In this document: positions 1 through 23,003 of the stretch, in pieces
Position numbering within the stretch: position 1 is the first letter of the stretch
Layout of the letters: each line of letters opens with the position of its first letter
Assembly: GCF_009914755.1 (NCBI RefSeq)
Contig: NC_060927.1
DNA length: 64,000 nucleotides
Direction: 5' to 3' (one strand)
Source: the human T2T-CHM13v2.0 reference genome, Homo sapiens
Made by a program: the position numbers and the translations under genes
Notes under the pieces: model-generated
Told to the model about the DNA's origin: nothing
The model's database searches: none
Seen by the model: the letters and a program-made list of their open reading frames with translations, nothing else

Positions 1-1682
1 GAGTTATCACTGGAGGCTCAGAGGGAAAAACTGCATGAACCATCTCAAGGGTTCCTTGAATTCAGCTTTGCACATAAAACTCACGTCGCACTGGTAGGCT
101 TTGAAGATTCCACACTGTGAATGACCAGGCCACAAAGGCATACCCACTCAAGTGACACCTAGGCTGCAGGACCAACCAGAAAGGCCTTTGGAAACCCCCT
201 CCCATGGACAGCTGGCACACAGAGGCTTCATGAAACTCCATTTACTCAGGGTCATTGATTCCTAACAATGGGCGATACTGGGGTTCAATGTATGACTTCA
301 TTTGGAGTTTCACTTTGAGTGAATAGTACATTGTATATGTTTTCGCTTCACGGTGAATAAGAGCTGTGCACAGATTGACTGGGAGTAGAAATTGACAGCT
401 ATTTTAAAAACTGCTTTTTAGTCATTCTTTTAACCCTTCTCACAGCTGTATGTCAGAAGCAGGTTCTGGCTGGCTGGAGTGCTGAGCCCTAACATGCTGT
501 GCCTCAGTTTGCTGCTGTGTACAATAAGAGGAAGTGACCATGTTCTCCCCTAGAACCTCTCCAGCTCTACACCGCTGGTGTGCATGCCCTCTGTTTGCCA
601 GATCACCCAGTTCTAGGAGACAGGGCATTCTCTTGTAGATGTACTGCATGAAGTATTGAGCTAGGCTAAGGGTGGATGCAGAACTTTGAATTCCAGTGAG
701 TCTGTCTGGAAGCCTCTGAGACATACCAATGTCATATCCTGGGAGGGATGGAAGACTATGGCCTGTGGAAAAGAAAGAGGGAGAGAGGGGAAAAAAGGAG
801 AAAAGAAGCAATTTCCAGATAATAGAGGTGTAAGAATGTCTAGAGGACCCCCTCCTGATATAGAACACCTAGGATGCTGGATAATTACTCAAAAATACCT
901 TTTTAAATAAATGGTTGATCTGGAAAAAAGGTGAAGAAAATCCTCAGAGGCAGAATGCAAATCTGCTGGGTGAAGGAAAGGCTGGAGCTCACATTCACCC
1001 TGGGCCCTCTTTGGCCCCTTAAGGCCGGGAGCCTGGCCTTCATGGGTCATGTGCCTGCAACGTGGAAGACAAAGACAAGTTCTGGGCTAGGAAGGGTGAG
1101 ATTCTATCTGAAGCCCAAACAAAACCAGTATCCCCAAAGGGGAGCTCCCTTTGTAAGTGAAGTAAGAGTCCCACCCCAGTCTCATTTCCACACAGAGGGG
1201 AAATTATATAACGATGCCTACATTGGCTTTGGCTCCAGTGAGTAGAAAAAAAGAAAAGTCCTCTCCAGAACTCTCAGCCACAAACCTGTGTTCATGCATA
1301 TTGGGGCTGAATTTCACACTTCCTGTGTGGCCAAAAAGCCAATCAAACACAGAGGTCCCAGGTTGGAAGTACCCCAGAGTACTGGGTGAAGTAAAGGCAA
1401 GTCCCCTCTGGAGGAATGTGCGTTACAACTGGGCCTCAAGGAATAGCACCATTTCCATCAGGGCTTGCTTAGTTCCTTCCCTAGGCAACAGAGGCTGAGG
1501 CAAAGCCTGCATGGTGATGCCATATCAGAATGTGAAATTCAACAGGAACAAAGTGCAGGAAGAAGTGAAGTGAGGCAGGGAAAGAGGAAAGCAAACACAG
1601 AGTGGTGCATTCCTGAGCTGGCCATAGCTACAGCAGGAAATGTAGCTGGTTATGCAGGCTCTCTGCAAAAGGCCCATGGAAT

Positions 1683-2485
<803 letters not shown>

Positions 2486-4397
2486 TAGCCACTGGGGAAA
2501 TCAGAGCCTCCATGGGTCCAGGCAGATCAGGCCTAGAAACCAGAGCTGTTGTGTCTCCCAGTGTTGTGGGCATGATGGAGGCAGTGCCAAAGCCCAGCCA
2601 TCATCCCTGGGGAAATGAGACAAGGAAGGTGGAGGCCTAGACTTGACAATCCTGGAGATTGCATGAGCCACCTGGGAATGCTGTGTCTGGAAACAAGCAG
2701 ATAAGGTTCAGAAGGCGAGCAGGGTTGAGGAGTCCTGGGGAGGCACAATAGCTATGTCTAGTATGGATGTCAGTGAAAATAGATAACACACTTAGGAAAA
2801 TTCAGGGATGGTTTATTTATAAAGGGCTACTTATACAGATATGGGCAAGTCGAGGAACCACAAGGACTAGTGCAGTAACCTAAACCTCACAGTAGTAACT
2901 GCACTACTACTGTGCCACTGGTGGTAGCAGAACAATCTGTTGCCACCTTTAGGCTTAAAAGGACAAAAGGACACTGCTGGGGGCTGCTGCCAGGACTCAA
3001 GTGTAAGCCACTGGCAGTGACCCTCCTGCCCCCAGCAGTGGAGCTGCTATGCATTTACAAGTACCTGGAGGACAGGCTACCCTGACTGCAGCTGCCACTT
3101 GGAGGTGAAACGTGCACTCCCCAGCCACCTGACTATGGCTGCTGCCACTGAAAGCAACCCTGTCCATCCTAGTAGCAGGGCCACAGCTCAGCCACTGCTG
3201 CCCCAATCTGAGCATTTCACCAGGGATCCAGAATCACCCCATCCCTGCCTACCACAGCCAGTGCCTGCAAACACCATCGGGGGCCTGAGAACCCATCGGC
3301 CTGGCCCAGCTCCATATGCCTGCAGTGCCCAAGCATGCTCTCTGGGGTTCTGGGGATCAGCCAGCACCATCCACCATCATTGGCACCTGAGCATGCCTCC
3401 TGGGAGGCAGAAGGCAGGCCAACCCAACTTGCTATCATCACCACAGCTGATACCACCCCATGTGCAACCTGTTGGCCTGGGCACTTTCCTGAACAACCCA
3501 TCTCAGCCACCACCAACACCAGTGCAAATTGTTTGGGAGCCTGAGGGTTGTCCTACCACTGCTACTGCAATGGCCTATAGTATGCCTGCTGCCAAGGAGC
3601 CTGAAGACCTGCCAACCTGCCCAGCCTGCCACTGCAGCTACTGGCTCCTAAGCAAGCCACCTGGAGTCCAAGAATCAGCCCACCTGGACCCACTAAAAAC
3701 AGTGTTGGTATATGTCACCCTGGGGCCCAAGGATAGGCACACTCAGCCTGCTAATGCCCCCACCAGGGCCTCAGGACTGGCCCACCTGGTGTCCCCAACC
3801 CCAACAAAACTTCACCACAGCCTCCACTAATAACTGCACCCTAAGCCACTGAGGAAATCACAGACATCACGGGTGATGTTTACAGCTGAAGAAATCATAG
3901 GTGACTACACTACTGCACACACTCAGAATCAAAGCTAAAGTGCCTTACCCAACCAACACAATAGGTACATTTTCAGGAAAAATTCCTCCCCTATAAAAGG
4001 AAATTCAAAAAATTAGGAAAAGTGACTTATACATCACATGCACAGATAACAATGTAAGGACACAAGGAACATGAAAAAGCAAGGAAAAAAGACACCTCCA
4101 AAGGAACACAATACTTTGGCAACACAGTCCAATGAAAAAAGAAATTTATGAAATCACAGAAAACAATTCAAAATGATAATATCAAAGAAGCTCAGTGAGA
4201 TGCAAGAGAACACAGATAAACAATACAAAGAAATCAGGAAAACAACTCAGAATATGAATGAGAAATCTGACAAAAAGATAGATATCATAAAAAAGAACCA
4301 AGTGTAAATTCTGAAACTAAAGAATTCATTGAATGAAATAAAAAATACATTCAAAAGCTTCAACAGTACACTAGATCAAGCAGAAGAAAGAATTTCA

Positions 4398-6862
4398 CCT
4401 AGCTAGAGCAATTAGGCAGGAGAAAAAAATAAAGGGCATTTAGATTAGAAAAGAAGAAGTCAAATTATCCTTATTTGCAGATGATATGATGTTATATTTG
4501 GAGAAACCTAAAGACTCCACCAAAAAACTATTGGAACTGATAAACAAATTCAGTAAAGTTGCAGGATACAAAATCCACATAAAAAATCAGAGCATTTCTA
4601 TATGTCAACAGTGAACAACTTGAGAAAGAAATTTTTAAAATCCCTTTACAACGTCACAGATAAAATTAAACACCTGGGAATTAACTCAGCCAAAGAAGTG
4701 AAAAGTCTCTGTGATAAAAACTATAAAACACTGATGAAAGAAATTGAAGAGAGCACCAAAAAATGGAAAGATATTCCATGTTCATGAACTAGAAAAACCA
4801 ATATTGTTAAAATGTCCATGCTACCCCAAACAATCTACAGATTCAATGCAGACTCTATCAAAATACCAATGACATTCCTCACAGAAATAGAAAAGAGAAT
4901 CCTAACATTTATATGGAACCACAAAAGACCTAGAAATCCAAAGGTATCCTGAGCAAAAAGAACATAATTGAAGTCAGAACGTATTATCGGACTTCAAATT
5001 ATACTACAGAACAATGAAAACCAAAACAGCATGATATTGGAATAAAAACAGATACACAGACCAATGGAACAGAATAGAGAACCCAGAAAGAAGTCCACAC
5101 ACCTACAGTGAACTTGTTTTTGACAAAGGTGCCAGGAACACACACTGGGGAAAAGACAGTCTCTTCAGTAAATGGTACTAGGAAAAATGGATAAACATAT
5201 GCAGAGGAATAAAACTAGACCCCTGTCACCATATACAAAAATCAAATCAAAATGGATTAAAGACTAAGTCTAATACCTCAAACTATGAAACTACTATAAG
5301 AAAATATTGGAGAAACTCTACAGGACATTGGCCTGGACAAAAAATTTCTGGAGTAATACCACCCCACAAGCATAGGCAACCAAAGCAAAAATGGGCAAAT
5401 GAACAAAAAAACACATCAAGTTAAAAAGCTTCTGCACAGCAAAGGAAAAAATCAACAAAGTGAAGACACAACCTACAAAATGGGAGAAAATATTTGCAAA
5501 CTACCCATCTGACAAGGGGTTAATAAAAAATGTGTAAGAAACTCAAACAACTCTATGGGAAAAAATCTAATAATCCAATTAAAAATGGGCAAAAGATTTG
5601 AATACACATTTCTCAAAATAAGACATATAAATGGTAAACAGATATATGAAAAAGCACTCAACATTATTGATTATCAGAGAAATGCAAATCAAAACTACAG
5701 TGAGATATCATCTCACCCCAGTTGAAATGGCTTTTATCCAAAAGACAGGTAACAGTAACTGCTGAAGAGGATGTGGGGAAAAGGGTACTCTTGTACACTC
5801 TTGGTGGGAATGTAAATTAATATAACCACTATGGAGAACAGCTGGGAGAGTCCTCAAAAAGCTGAAAATAGAGCTACCAAATGATCCAATAATCCCACTT
5901 CTGGGTATATACCCAAAAGAAAGGAAATCAGCATATAGAAGAGACATCTGCACTCCCATCTTGTGGCACTGTTCACAATAGCCAAGGTTTGGAAGCAACC
6001 TAAGTGTCCATCAACAGATGAATGGATAAGGAAAATGTGATACATATACAAAATGGAGTACTATTCAGCCATAAAACAGAATGAGATCCTATCATTTGCA
6101 GAAACATGGATGGAACTGAAGGTCATTATGTTAAGTGAAATAAGCCAGGCACAGAAAGACGAACATCACCTGTTCTCACTTATTTGTGTCATCTAAAAAT
6201 CAAAACAGTTGAATTCATGGAGATAAAGAATAGGAGGATGGTTACCAGTGGGTGGGAAGTGTGTTGGGGGGTGGAGGAAGGTGGGGATGGTTAATGAGTA
6301 CACACAAAAAAATAGAAAGAATGAATAATATATGGTATTTGATAGAGTGACTATAGTCAAAATTAATTGTACATTTTAAAATAACTAAAAGAGCATAATT
6401 GGATTGTTTGTGACACAAAGGATAAATGCTTGAGGAGATGGATACCCTATTTTCCATGATGTTATTATTATGCACTGCAAACCTCCATCAGAATATCTCA
6501 TGTACCCCCATAAATAGATATGCCTACTATGTTCCCACAAAAATTAAAAAACAAAATTTTGGGCTGGGCACAATGGCTTATGCCTGTAATCCCAGCATTT
6601 TGGGAGGCCAAGGTGGGCAGATTGACTAAGCCCAGGAGTTCAAGATCAGCCTGGGAAGCATGGAGAAACCTTGTCTCTACAAAAAAATACAAAAACTAGC
6701 CAAGCATGGTGGTGCATGCCTGTAGTCCCAGCTACTTCGGAGGCTGAGGCAGGAGGCTTGCTTGAGCCCAGAGGCAGAGGTTGCAATGAGCTGAGATTGC
6801 GCCATTGCACTCCAGCCTGGGTGAAAGAGCAAGACCCTGTCAAAAAAAAAATTAAATTAAAA
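4398..6862 (+). mobile_element. 5'-truncated L1MA-type element (ORF2 RT to 3' UTR) nested in the older L1, with an Alu (about 6561-6851) in its tail
   Basis: ORF2 peptides (KNYKTLMKEIEE...KWKDIPCS), L1MA-type 3' end near 6300-6550, and candidate TSD aaagaatttca 4387-4397 / aaagactttca 6863-6873. Confidence 0.8.
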
Positions 6863-8104
6863 AAAGACTTTCAGAATTTAACGACAGGTTTATTTTTGAT
6901 CTGAAATAAACCAGTCAGATCAAAATAAAAAAGAATGAACAAAACCTACATGACATACGGGACACCATAAAGCAACCAAATATTTAAATGTTTGGTGTCT
7001 CAGAAGGCAAAGAGAAAATAAAAGGGGTAGAAAACTTATTTAATTGATTAATAGCTGAAAACTACTCAAACCTAGCAAGAGATTTAGACACCCAGATAGC
7101 GTTTCCCATATAGAAACATTCAAACATCCAGATACAGTTTCCTAAATAGAAACAATTCAAAAAGGTCTTTTCCAGTGCACATCATAGTCAAACTGTCAAA
7201 AGTCAAAGACAAAGAGAGAATTCTGAAAACAGATGCAAGAGAAAAGTGTCTAGTCACTTATTAGGGAACCCCCATCAGACTAACTGTGGATTTCTCAGCA
7301 GAAAACTTACAGGCGGGGAGAGAAAGGGATGATATATTTAAAGAGCTAAAAGAAAAAAAATGAAACCAAAGGATATTATACTCAGCAAAGCTATCTTTCA
7401 TAAGTGAAGGAGAAATAAACTCCCAGACAAGAAAAAGCTGAGGAAATTTATCACCACTAGATGGGTCCAATAAGAGAAATGCTTAACAGAATCCTATACC
7501 AGGAAAGAAAAGATGATAACTACCATGATGAAAACACATGAAAATATAAAATACTGCTAAAGAAAACAAGCAAATAAGGAAGAGAAAATGCAGATGTTAC
7601 CACTACAGAAAACCAGCAAACTACAGTGATAAACAGAGAGAAAGACAGGAACAAAGGATGTACAAAACAACCAGAAATTGATTAATAAAATGACAGAAAT
7701 AAGCCTTCACATATCAATAATAATAAACCTTGGATGTAAATGGATTCAGCTTTCCACTTAAAAGATATAGACTTGGCCAGGTGTGGTGGATCACAACTGT
7801 TATCTCAGCAATTTGGGATGTTAAGGTGGGAGCATCATTTCAGGTCAAGAGTTCAAGACCAGCCTGAGAACATAGAAAGACCCTGCCTCTACAAATAAAT
7901 ATATACATTTATAAAAAAGGTATAGACTGGCTGAATGGATAAAAAACATGATCAAACTATGTGCTGCCTGAAACAAACCAATCTCATCTGTAAAGACATG
8001 TATGGGCTGAAAGTAAAGGGAGGAAAAAAGATATTCCTTGTGAACAGAAACCAAGAGCAAGCAAGAGTAGCTATACTTGTAACAGATAAAACAGACTTTA
8101 AGTT

Positions 8105-8420
<316 letters not shown>

Positions 8421-8805
8421 CCCTTTAAGTCAAAAACACGAAAAAGGAACAAAAGGTTACTATATAATGATAAAGGGATTAATTCAGAAAGAGGATATAA
8501 TAATTCTAAACATATATGCACCCAACTCTGGAGAACCCAGATATATAATGCAAATATTATTAGATCTGAAGGGGTATCTAAAGGGTACAGACCCCAATAC
8601 AAAAATAGTTGGGGAAATTCAGCATCCCACTCTCAGTGTTAGATAGATTATCTACATAGAAAATTAACAAATAAATGTTGTATTTAAACTAAACTTTAGA
8701 CTAAAGGGACCTAATAGATGTTTACAGAACATTTCACCCAACAGCTACAGAATATATATCTCCTCAACAGCACATGGAACATTCTCCAGGATCGGCCATA
8801 TGTTG

Positions 8806-8807
<2 letters not shown>

Positions 8808-8848
<41 letters not shown>
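8808..8848. repeat. (CA)n microsatellite, about 20 units
   Basis: Read directly from the sequence. Confidence 0.95.
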
Positions 8849-8849
<1 letters not shown>

Positions 8850-9140
8850 CTCAAAAAGTTTTAAAAACTTGTAATCACATCAAGTATCTTCTCAGACCAC
8901 AACAGAATAAAACTAGAAATCAATAACAGGAGGAACTTTGGAAACTGCACAAATATATGGAAATTAAAGAACATGATCTTGAATTACCATTAGGTCAAGA
9001 AAGAAATTAAGGAGGAAATAAAAAAAAGTCAAGAAACAAATGAAAATCAAAACACAACATACCAAAACCTATGAGATACAGCAAATGCAGTGCTAGGAGG
9101 AAAGTTTACAGCAATAAACCCTTACATCAAAAAGTAGGAA

Positions 9141-12100
9141 GGAGGTGGCTGGCAAGATGGCCGAATAGGAACAGCTCTGGTCTGCAGTTCCTAGCGAGAT
9201 CAATGCAGAAGGTGGATGATTTCTGCATTTCCAACTGAGGTACCTGGCTCCTCTCATTGGGACTAGTTAGACAGTGGGTGTAGCACATGGAGGGCAAGCC
9301 GAAGCAGGGTGGGGCACTGCCTCACCCAGTAAGTGCAAGGGGTCAGGTAACTCTCTCCCCTAGCCAAGGGAAGCTGTGAGGGACTGTGCCCTCAGGAACA
9401 GTGCACTCTGGCCCAGATACTACACTTTTCCCACAGTCTTCTCAACCTGCAGACCAGGAGATTCCCTCAGACGCCTATGCCACCAGGGCCCTGGGTTTCA
9501 AGCACAAAACTGGGCGGCCATTTGGGCAGACACTGAGCTAGCTGCAGGAGATATTTTTCATACTCCAGGGGTGCCTGGAATGCCAGCAAGACAGAACTGT
9601 TCTCTCCCCTGGAAAGGGGGCTGAAGCCAGGGAGCCAAGTGGTCTAGCTCAGTGGATCCCACCCCCATGGAGCCCAGCAAGCTAAGATCCACTGGCTTGA
9701 AATTCTCACTGCCAGAACAGCAGTCTGAAGTCAATCTGGGATGCTCCAGCTTCTTTGGGGGGTGGGGGTGTCCGCCATTACTGAGGCTTGCATAGGCGGT
9801 TTTCCCCTCACAGTGTAAACGAAGCCTCCAGGAAGTTTGGACTGGGTGGAACGCACTGCAGCTCTGCAAAGCAAGCCAGACTGCCTCTCTAGATTCCTCC
9901 TCTCTGGACAGGGCAACTCTGAAAGAAAGGCAGCAGTCCCAGTCAGGGGCTTATAGACAAAACTCCCATCTCTGTGGGACAGAGCATCTAGGGGAAGGGG
10001 TGGCTATGGGTGCAGCTTCAGCAGACTTAAACATTCCTGCCTGCCAGCTCTGAAGAGAGCAGCAGATCTCCCAGCACAGTGCACGAGCTCCGCCAAGGGA
10101 CAAACTGGCTCCTCATGTGGGTCCCTGACCCCCATGCCTCCTGACTGGAAGACATCTCCCAGCTGGGGTCAACAGACACCTCATACAGGAGAGCTCTGGC
10201 TGACATCTGGCAGGTGCCCCTCAGGGACAAATTTTCCAGAGGAGGGAACAGGCAGCAATCTTTACTGTTCTGCAATCTCCACTGGTGATACCTAGGCAAA
10301 CAGAGTCTGGAGCAAACCTCCAGCAAACTCCAGCAGACCTGCAGCAGAGGATCTGACTGTTAGAAAGAAAACTAACAAACAAAATAGAATAGCATCAACG
10401 TCAACAAAAAGGATGTCCACACAGAAACCCCATCTAAAGGTCACCAACATCAAAGACCAAAGGTAGATAAATCCACAAAGATGAGGAAAAACCAGCACAA
10501 AAAAGGCTGAAAGTTCCAAAAACCAGAGTGCCTCTTCTCCTCCAAAGGATCACAACTCCTCACCAGCAAGGTAAAAAACTGAACAGAGAATGAGTTTGAT
10601 GAAGTGACAGAAGCAGGCTTCAGAAAGTGGGTAATAACAAACTCCTCCGAGCTAAAGAAGCATGTTCTAACTCAATGCAAGGAAGCTAAGAACCTTGATA
10701 AAAGGTTAGAGGAATTGCTAACTAGAATAATCAGTTTAGGGAAGAACATAAATGACCTGATGGAGCTGAAAAATACAGCACAAGAACTTCATGAAGCATA
10801 CACAAGTATCAATAGCCAAATCAATCAAGCGGAAGAAAGGATATCAGAGATTGAAGATCAACTTAATGAAATAAAGTGTAAAGACAAGATTAGAGAAAAA
10901 AGAATGAAAAGGAACAAACAAAGCCTCCAAGAAATATGGGACTATGTGAAAAGACCAAGCATACATTTGATTGGTGTACCTGAAAGTGACAGGGAGAATG
11001 GAACGAAGTTGGAAAACACACTTTGGGATATTATCCAGGACAACTTCCTCAACCTAGCAAGAAAGGCCAACATCCAAATTCAGGAAATACAGAGAATACC
11101 CAAAGATATTCCTCGAGAAAAGCAACCCCAAGACACACAATCATCAGATTCACCAGGGTTGAAATGAGGGAAAAAATGTTAAGGGCAGCCAGAGAGAAAG
11201 GTCGGGATACCCACAAAGGGAAGCCCATCAGACTAACAGCAAATCACTCTGCAGAAACCCTATAAGCCAGAAGAGAGTGGGAGCCAATATTCAACATTCT
11301 TAAAGAAAAGAATTTTCAACCCAGAATTTTATATCCAGCCAAACTAAACTTCATAAGTGAAGGAGAAATAAAAACTTTTACAGACAAGCAAATTTTGAGA
11401 GATTTTGTCACCACCAGGCCTGCCTTACAAGAGCTCCTGAAGGAAGTACTAAATATGGAAAGGAAAAATCAGTACCAGCCACTGCAAAAACATACCAAAT
11501 TGTAAAGACCATCGACACTATGAAGAAACTGCATCAACTAAAGGGCAAAATAACCAGCTAGCATCATAATGACAGGATCGAATTCACACATAACAATATT
11601 AATCATAAATGTAAATGATTTAATACCCCAATTAAAAGACACAGACTGGCAAATTGGATAGATAGTAAAGACCCATTGGTGTGCTGTATTCAGTAGACCC
11701 ATCTCATGTGCAAAGACACACATAGGCTCAAAACAAAGGGAAGGAGGAAGATTTACCAAGCAAATGGAAAGCAAAAAAAAAAAAAAAAAAAAAAAAGGAG
11801 CAGGGGTTGCAATTCTAGTCTCTGATAAAACAGACTTTAAATGAACAAAGCTCAAAAAAGACAAAGAAGGGCATTTCATGATGGTAAAGGGATCAATGCA
11901 ACAAGAAGAGCTAACTATTCTAAATATATATGTACCCAATACAGGAGCACCCAGATCAATAAAGCAAGTTGTTAGAGACCTACAAAGAGACTTCGACTCC
12001 CACACAATAATAGTGGGAGACTTTAACACCCCACTGTCCATATTAGATCAATGAGACAGAAAATTTACAAGGATATTCAGGACTTGAACTCAGCTCTGGA

Positions 12101-14754
12101 CCAAGTAGATGTAATAAATATCTACAGAACTCTCCAACCCAAATCAACGGAATATACATTCTTCTCAGTACCACATTGCACTTATTCTAAAATTGACCAC
12201 ATAATTGGAAGTAAAACACTCCTCAGCAAATGCAAAAGAAAGGAAATCATGACAGTCTCTCAGACCACAGTGCAAGCAAACTAGAACTCAGGATTAAGAT
12301 ATTCACTCAAAACCACACAACTACATGGAAACTGAACAACCTGCTCCTGAGTGATTACTGGGTAAATAATGAAACTAAGGCAGAAATAAATAAGTTCTTT
12401 GAAACCAGTGAGAACAAAGACACAATTTACCAGAATCTCTGGGACATAGCTAAAGTAGTGTTTAGAGGGAAATTTAGAACACTAAATGCCCACAGGAGAA
12501 AGCAGGAAAGATCTAAAATAGACACCCTAACATCACAATTAAAAGAACTAGAGGAGCAAAGCAAACAAATTCAAAAGCTAGCAGAAGACAAGAAATAACT
12601 AAGATCAGAGCAGAACTGAAGGAGATAGAGACATGCAAAACTCTTCAAAAAAAATCAATGAATCCAGGAGCTGTTTTTTTTTTTTGAAAAGATTAATGAA
12701 ATAGATAGACCACTAGCCAGCCTAATAAAGAAGAAAAGAGAGAAGAATCAAATAGACACAATAAAAAATGATTAAGGGGAGATCTCCACTGATCCCACAG
12801 AAATACATACTACAATCAGAGAATACTATAAACACCTCTACGCAAATAAACTAGAAAATCTAGAAGAAATGGATAAATTCGTGGACATATACACCCTCTC
12901 AATACTAAATCTGGAAGAAGTTGAATCCCTGAATAGATCAATAACAAGTTCTAAAATTGAGGCAGTAATTAATAGCCTACCAAGCAAAAAAAGTCCGGGA
13001 CCAGATGGATTCACAGCCAAATTCTACCATAGGTACAAAGAGGAACTGGTACCATTCCTTCTGAAACTATTCCAAACAATAGAAAAAGAGGAAATCCTCC
13101 CTAACTCGTTTTATGAGGCCAGCATCATCCTGATACCAAAACCTGGCACAGACAAAACAAAAAAAGAAAATTCCGGGCCAATATCCCTGATAAACATTGA
13201 TGCAAAAATCCTCAGTAAAATACTGGCAAATTGAATCCAGCAGCACATCAAAAAGTTTATCCACCACAATCAAGTTGGCTTCATCCCTGGGATGCAAGCT
13301 GTTTCAACACACACAAATCAATAAACGTAATCCATCACATAAACAGAACCAAAGAAAAAAACCACCTGATTATCTCAATAGATGCAGAAAAGGCTTTTGA
13401 TAAAATTCAACACTCGCTCATGCTAAAAACCTTCAATAAACTAGGTTTTGATGGAACGTATCTCAAAATAATAAAAGCAATTTATGACAAATGCACAGAC
13501 AATATTATACTGAATGGGCAAAAGCTGGAAGCATTCCCTTTGAAAACCGGCACAAGGATGCTCTCTCTCATCACTCCTATTCAAATAGTATTGGAAGTTC
13601 TGGCCAGGGCAATCAGGCAAGAGAAAGACATAAAGCATATTCAAATAGGAAGAAAGGAAGTCAAATTGTCTCTGTTTGCAGATGACATGACTGTATATTT
13701 AGAAAACCCCATCGTCTCAGCCCCAAATCTCCTTAAGCTGATAAGCAACTTCAGCAAAGTCTCAGGATACAAAATCAATGTGCAAAAATCACAAGCATTC
13801 CTATACACCAATATTAAACCAACAGAGAGCCAAATCATGAGTGACCTCCCATTCACAATTGCTGCAAAGAGAATAAAATATCTAAGAACACAACTTACAA
13901 GGGATGTGAAGGACCTCTTCAAGGAGAACTACAAACCATTGCTCAAGGAAATAAGAGAGGACACAAACAAATGGAAAACATTCCATGATCATGGATAGGA
14001 AGACTCAATATCATGAAAATGGCCAGACTGCCCAAAGTAATTTATAGATTCAATGCTATTCCCATCAAGCTACCATTGACTTTCATCACAGAATTAGAAA
14101 AAACTACTTTAAATTTCATATGAAACCAAAAAAGAGCCCATATAGCCAAGACAATCCTAAGCAAAAAGAACAAAGCTGGAGGCATCATGCTACCTGACTT
14201 CAAATTATACTACAAGTCTACAGTAACCAAAACAGCATGGTACTGTTACCAAAACAGATACATAGACCAATGGAACAGAACAGAGGCCTCAGAAATAACA
14301 CCACACATCTACAACCATCTGATCTTTGACAAACTTGACAAAAACAAGCAACGGGGAAAGGATTCTCTATTTAATAAATGGTGTTGGGAAAACTGGCTAG
14401 CCATATGTGGAAAACTGAAACGACCTATTCCTTACACCTTATACAAAAATTAACTCAAGATGGATTAAAGACTTAAACGTAAGATCTAAAACCATAAAAA
14501 CTCTAGAAGAAAACCTAGGCAATACCATTCAGGACGTAGGCATGGGCAAAGACTTCATGACTAAAACACCAAAAGCAATGGCAACAAAAGCCAAAATTGA
14601 CAAATGGGATCTAATTAAACTAAAGAGCTTTGTACAACAAAAGAAAGTATCATCAGAGTGAACAGCCAACCTACAGAATGGGAGAAAATTTTTGCAATCT
14701 ATCCATCTGACAAAGGGTTAATAACCAGAATCTACAAAGAACTTAAAGAAATTT
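9141..14754 (+). mobile_element. L1PA (about PA7-like) with 5' UTR, ORF1 and most of ORF2; 3'-truncated and non-functional
   Basis: Starts ggaggtggctggcaagatggccgaatagg (YY1 site). Fragmented ORF1 (10604-11500) and ORF2 (FADDM at about 13675). Homology stops abruptly at acttaaagaaattt. Confidence 0.92.
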
Positions 14755-15106
14755 CTGTGCATATTTTTAAATCAAAGTTCACAACATATTGTATCTAGAC
14801 TTCTAAAAAATAGCTAAGGATATTTTAAAACTTAACTTTGCATTATGAATTTTTTTATATCATTGAAAATTCTCTCTTACATGCCATTTTAATGCATAAT
14901 AGCTTATCATACAGAAGTCTCTAAATTTATTGAACTGCTTCCTTATTTTGGAATTTGGGTTGATTTTAATTTTTTTGCATTGTAAATAATATTGTAAAAA
15001 TACAGTTGAATATATATTTTTGAACATGTTTCAACAATTTCTTGAAACTCCTGGCTGTAAAATAATTTAATGGATCAAAGTAAGTATGTATTCCTAAGAT
15101 ATTTGA

Positions 15107-18395
<3,289 letters not shown>

Positions 18396-18474
18396 CAAAT
18401 TGATTTCAGAAATGCTGCAATAGTTTTTGCTCCCACTGGAAGATCTAAGACTTTGCCAGCACTGAGTATCATCA

Positions 18475-19484
<1,010 letters not shown>

Positions 19485-20806
19485 GGAGAGAGTCACTTGA
19501 AAAAGTTGAGGAATCCTAATGCATCAGACTTCTCAACAGCAAAATGCCAGTTAATGCTTGAAAGCAGTGGAGCAGTGTCTTTACAATTCTAGAGAACCTA
19601 GAAGTTGCCCAGAGAATTATCAGTCAAGTGCAAGGGTAGAATAAAGATTTTTCAGACATGTAAGAACTAAATGACACTACCTCCCAGGTGTCCTTTTGTA
19701 GGAAGTTACTGCAGGGTGTGCTTCAGAGAAACAGAGAGGAAACCAAACAAGAAGATACGGGGTTTAAGGAAAAGGAGCTCCAGCCCAGGAGGGTAGAGAA
19801 AGGAAAAATAAGGATAATAACTGTTACTTAAAGAGCAGATTAGGGTGGAAGAAATGAGGGCAAGGAGGGGCTGATTCAGGGCAGGGGAGGAGGGGAGAAG
19901 AAACCAAAAGAACATTAGGCATTTAGAAAAATTACTAGTCACTGATTGGGCAGACCTGCAGGAACATTTGGAAAAAATAATTGTAGACACAAAGGAGACT
20001 AAACAAATAATTTAAAGAGAGATAATAAAGGGAGAACAAAAAATATCTTAAGAAAGGAAACAATACTTTTTGTGTTATAATCATTTTGAGAGGTTGAAGA
20101 AGTGGGGAAGGGTAAGAGAACTAAATCCTCAACCATCTCAATAGGAAATCAATAGAAAATAAAAGTTCTGAACTGAAAAGTACATGATAAGCATAGTATT
20201 TAGAAATTTTGATGGTAAATCCCAAAAGGAAAAAAAGAGCAAAAAGTGCTATTGGTGATCTTTTCTGGAGTGTGGAACTAGTGTGGGAATTGGAGATAAG
20301 AAACAGCTATGTTTTGTTATAAAGTTTTAGTACTGTTTAATTTTTTGCATATATTACTTAGGAAAAAATTAAAATTTAGTAGTTTAAAAATCCCCTGCTT
20401 ACCCCTTTTCCCCCACCCCAGAAAAGGCATATGAACTAACCTTATGTATTTCATAGGTCAGACAGTCATTTTTATTTCTGCTCTGATGTTTATCTGGAAA
20501 TAAAACCATTTTGGTGTTCTCAAAGAACTCTCTGACTCATACCTGGAGATGTATCAGCACATGTGACCTCAGAGATTTCTAGGTCTGTCCCATTATTACA
20601 AGTAATCATGTAAAGGATTTTATAATTTTCCTCTCCCTTCTTTGAATTTTCTTTCTGGCATTTATCAGCGGCTGGAGAGAATGCCTATTACACACCAGAG
20701 ATGGGGCATAGTGTTTTGGTAAAAGTATTAGGATGTAACAGCTATAAAAGGGTTGGCTAGGTTGAGGGTTCTCATCTACAGCAAGTCCCCTAAACTCCCC
20801 TAAAAC

Positions 20807-23003
<2,197 letters not shown>

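Noticed and set aside
3099-3830. 243-aa Pro-rich ORF
   Set aside because: Lies in the C-rich 5' UTR of an old L1, has a non-ATG start and shows no recognisable domain.
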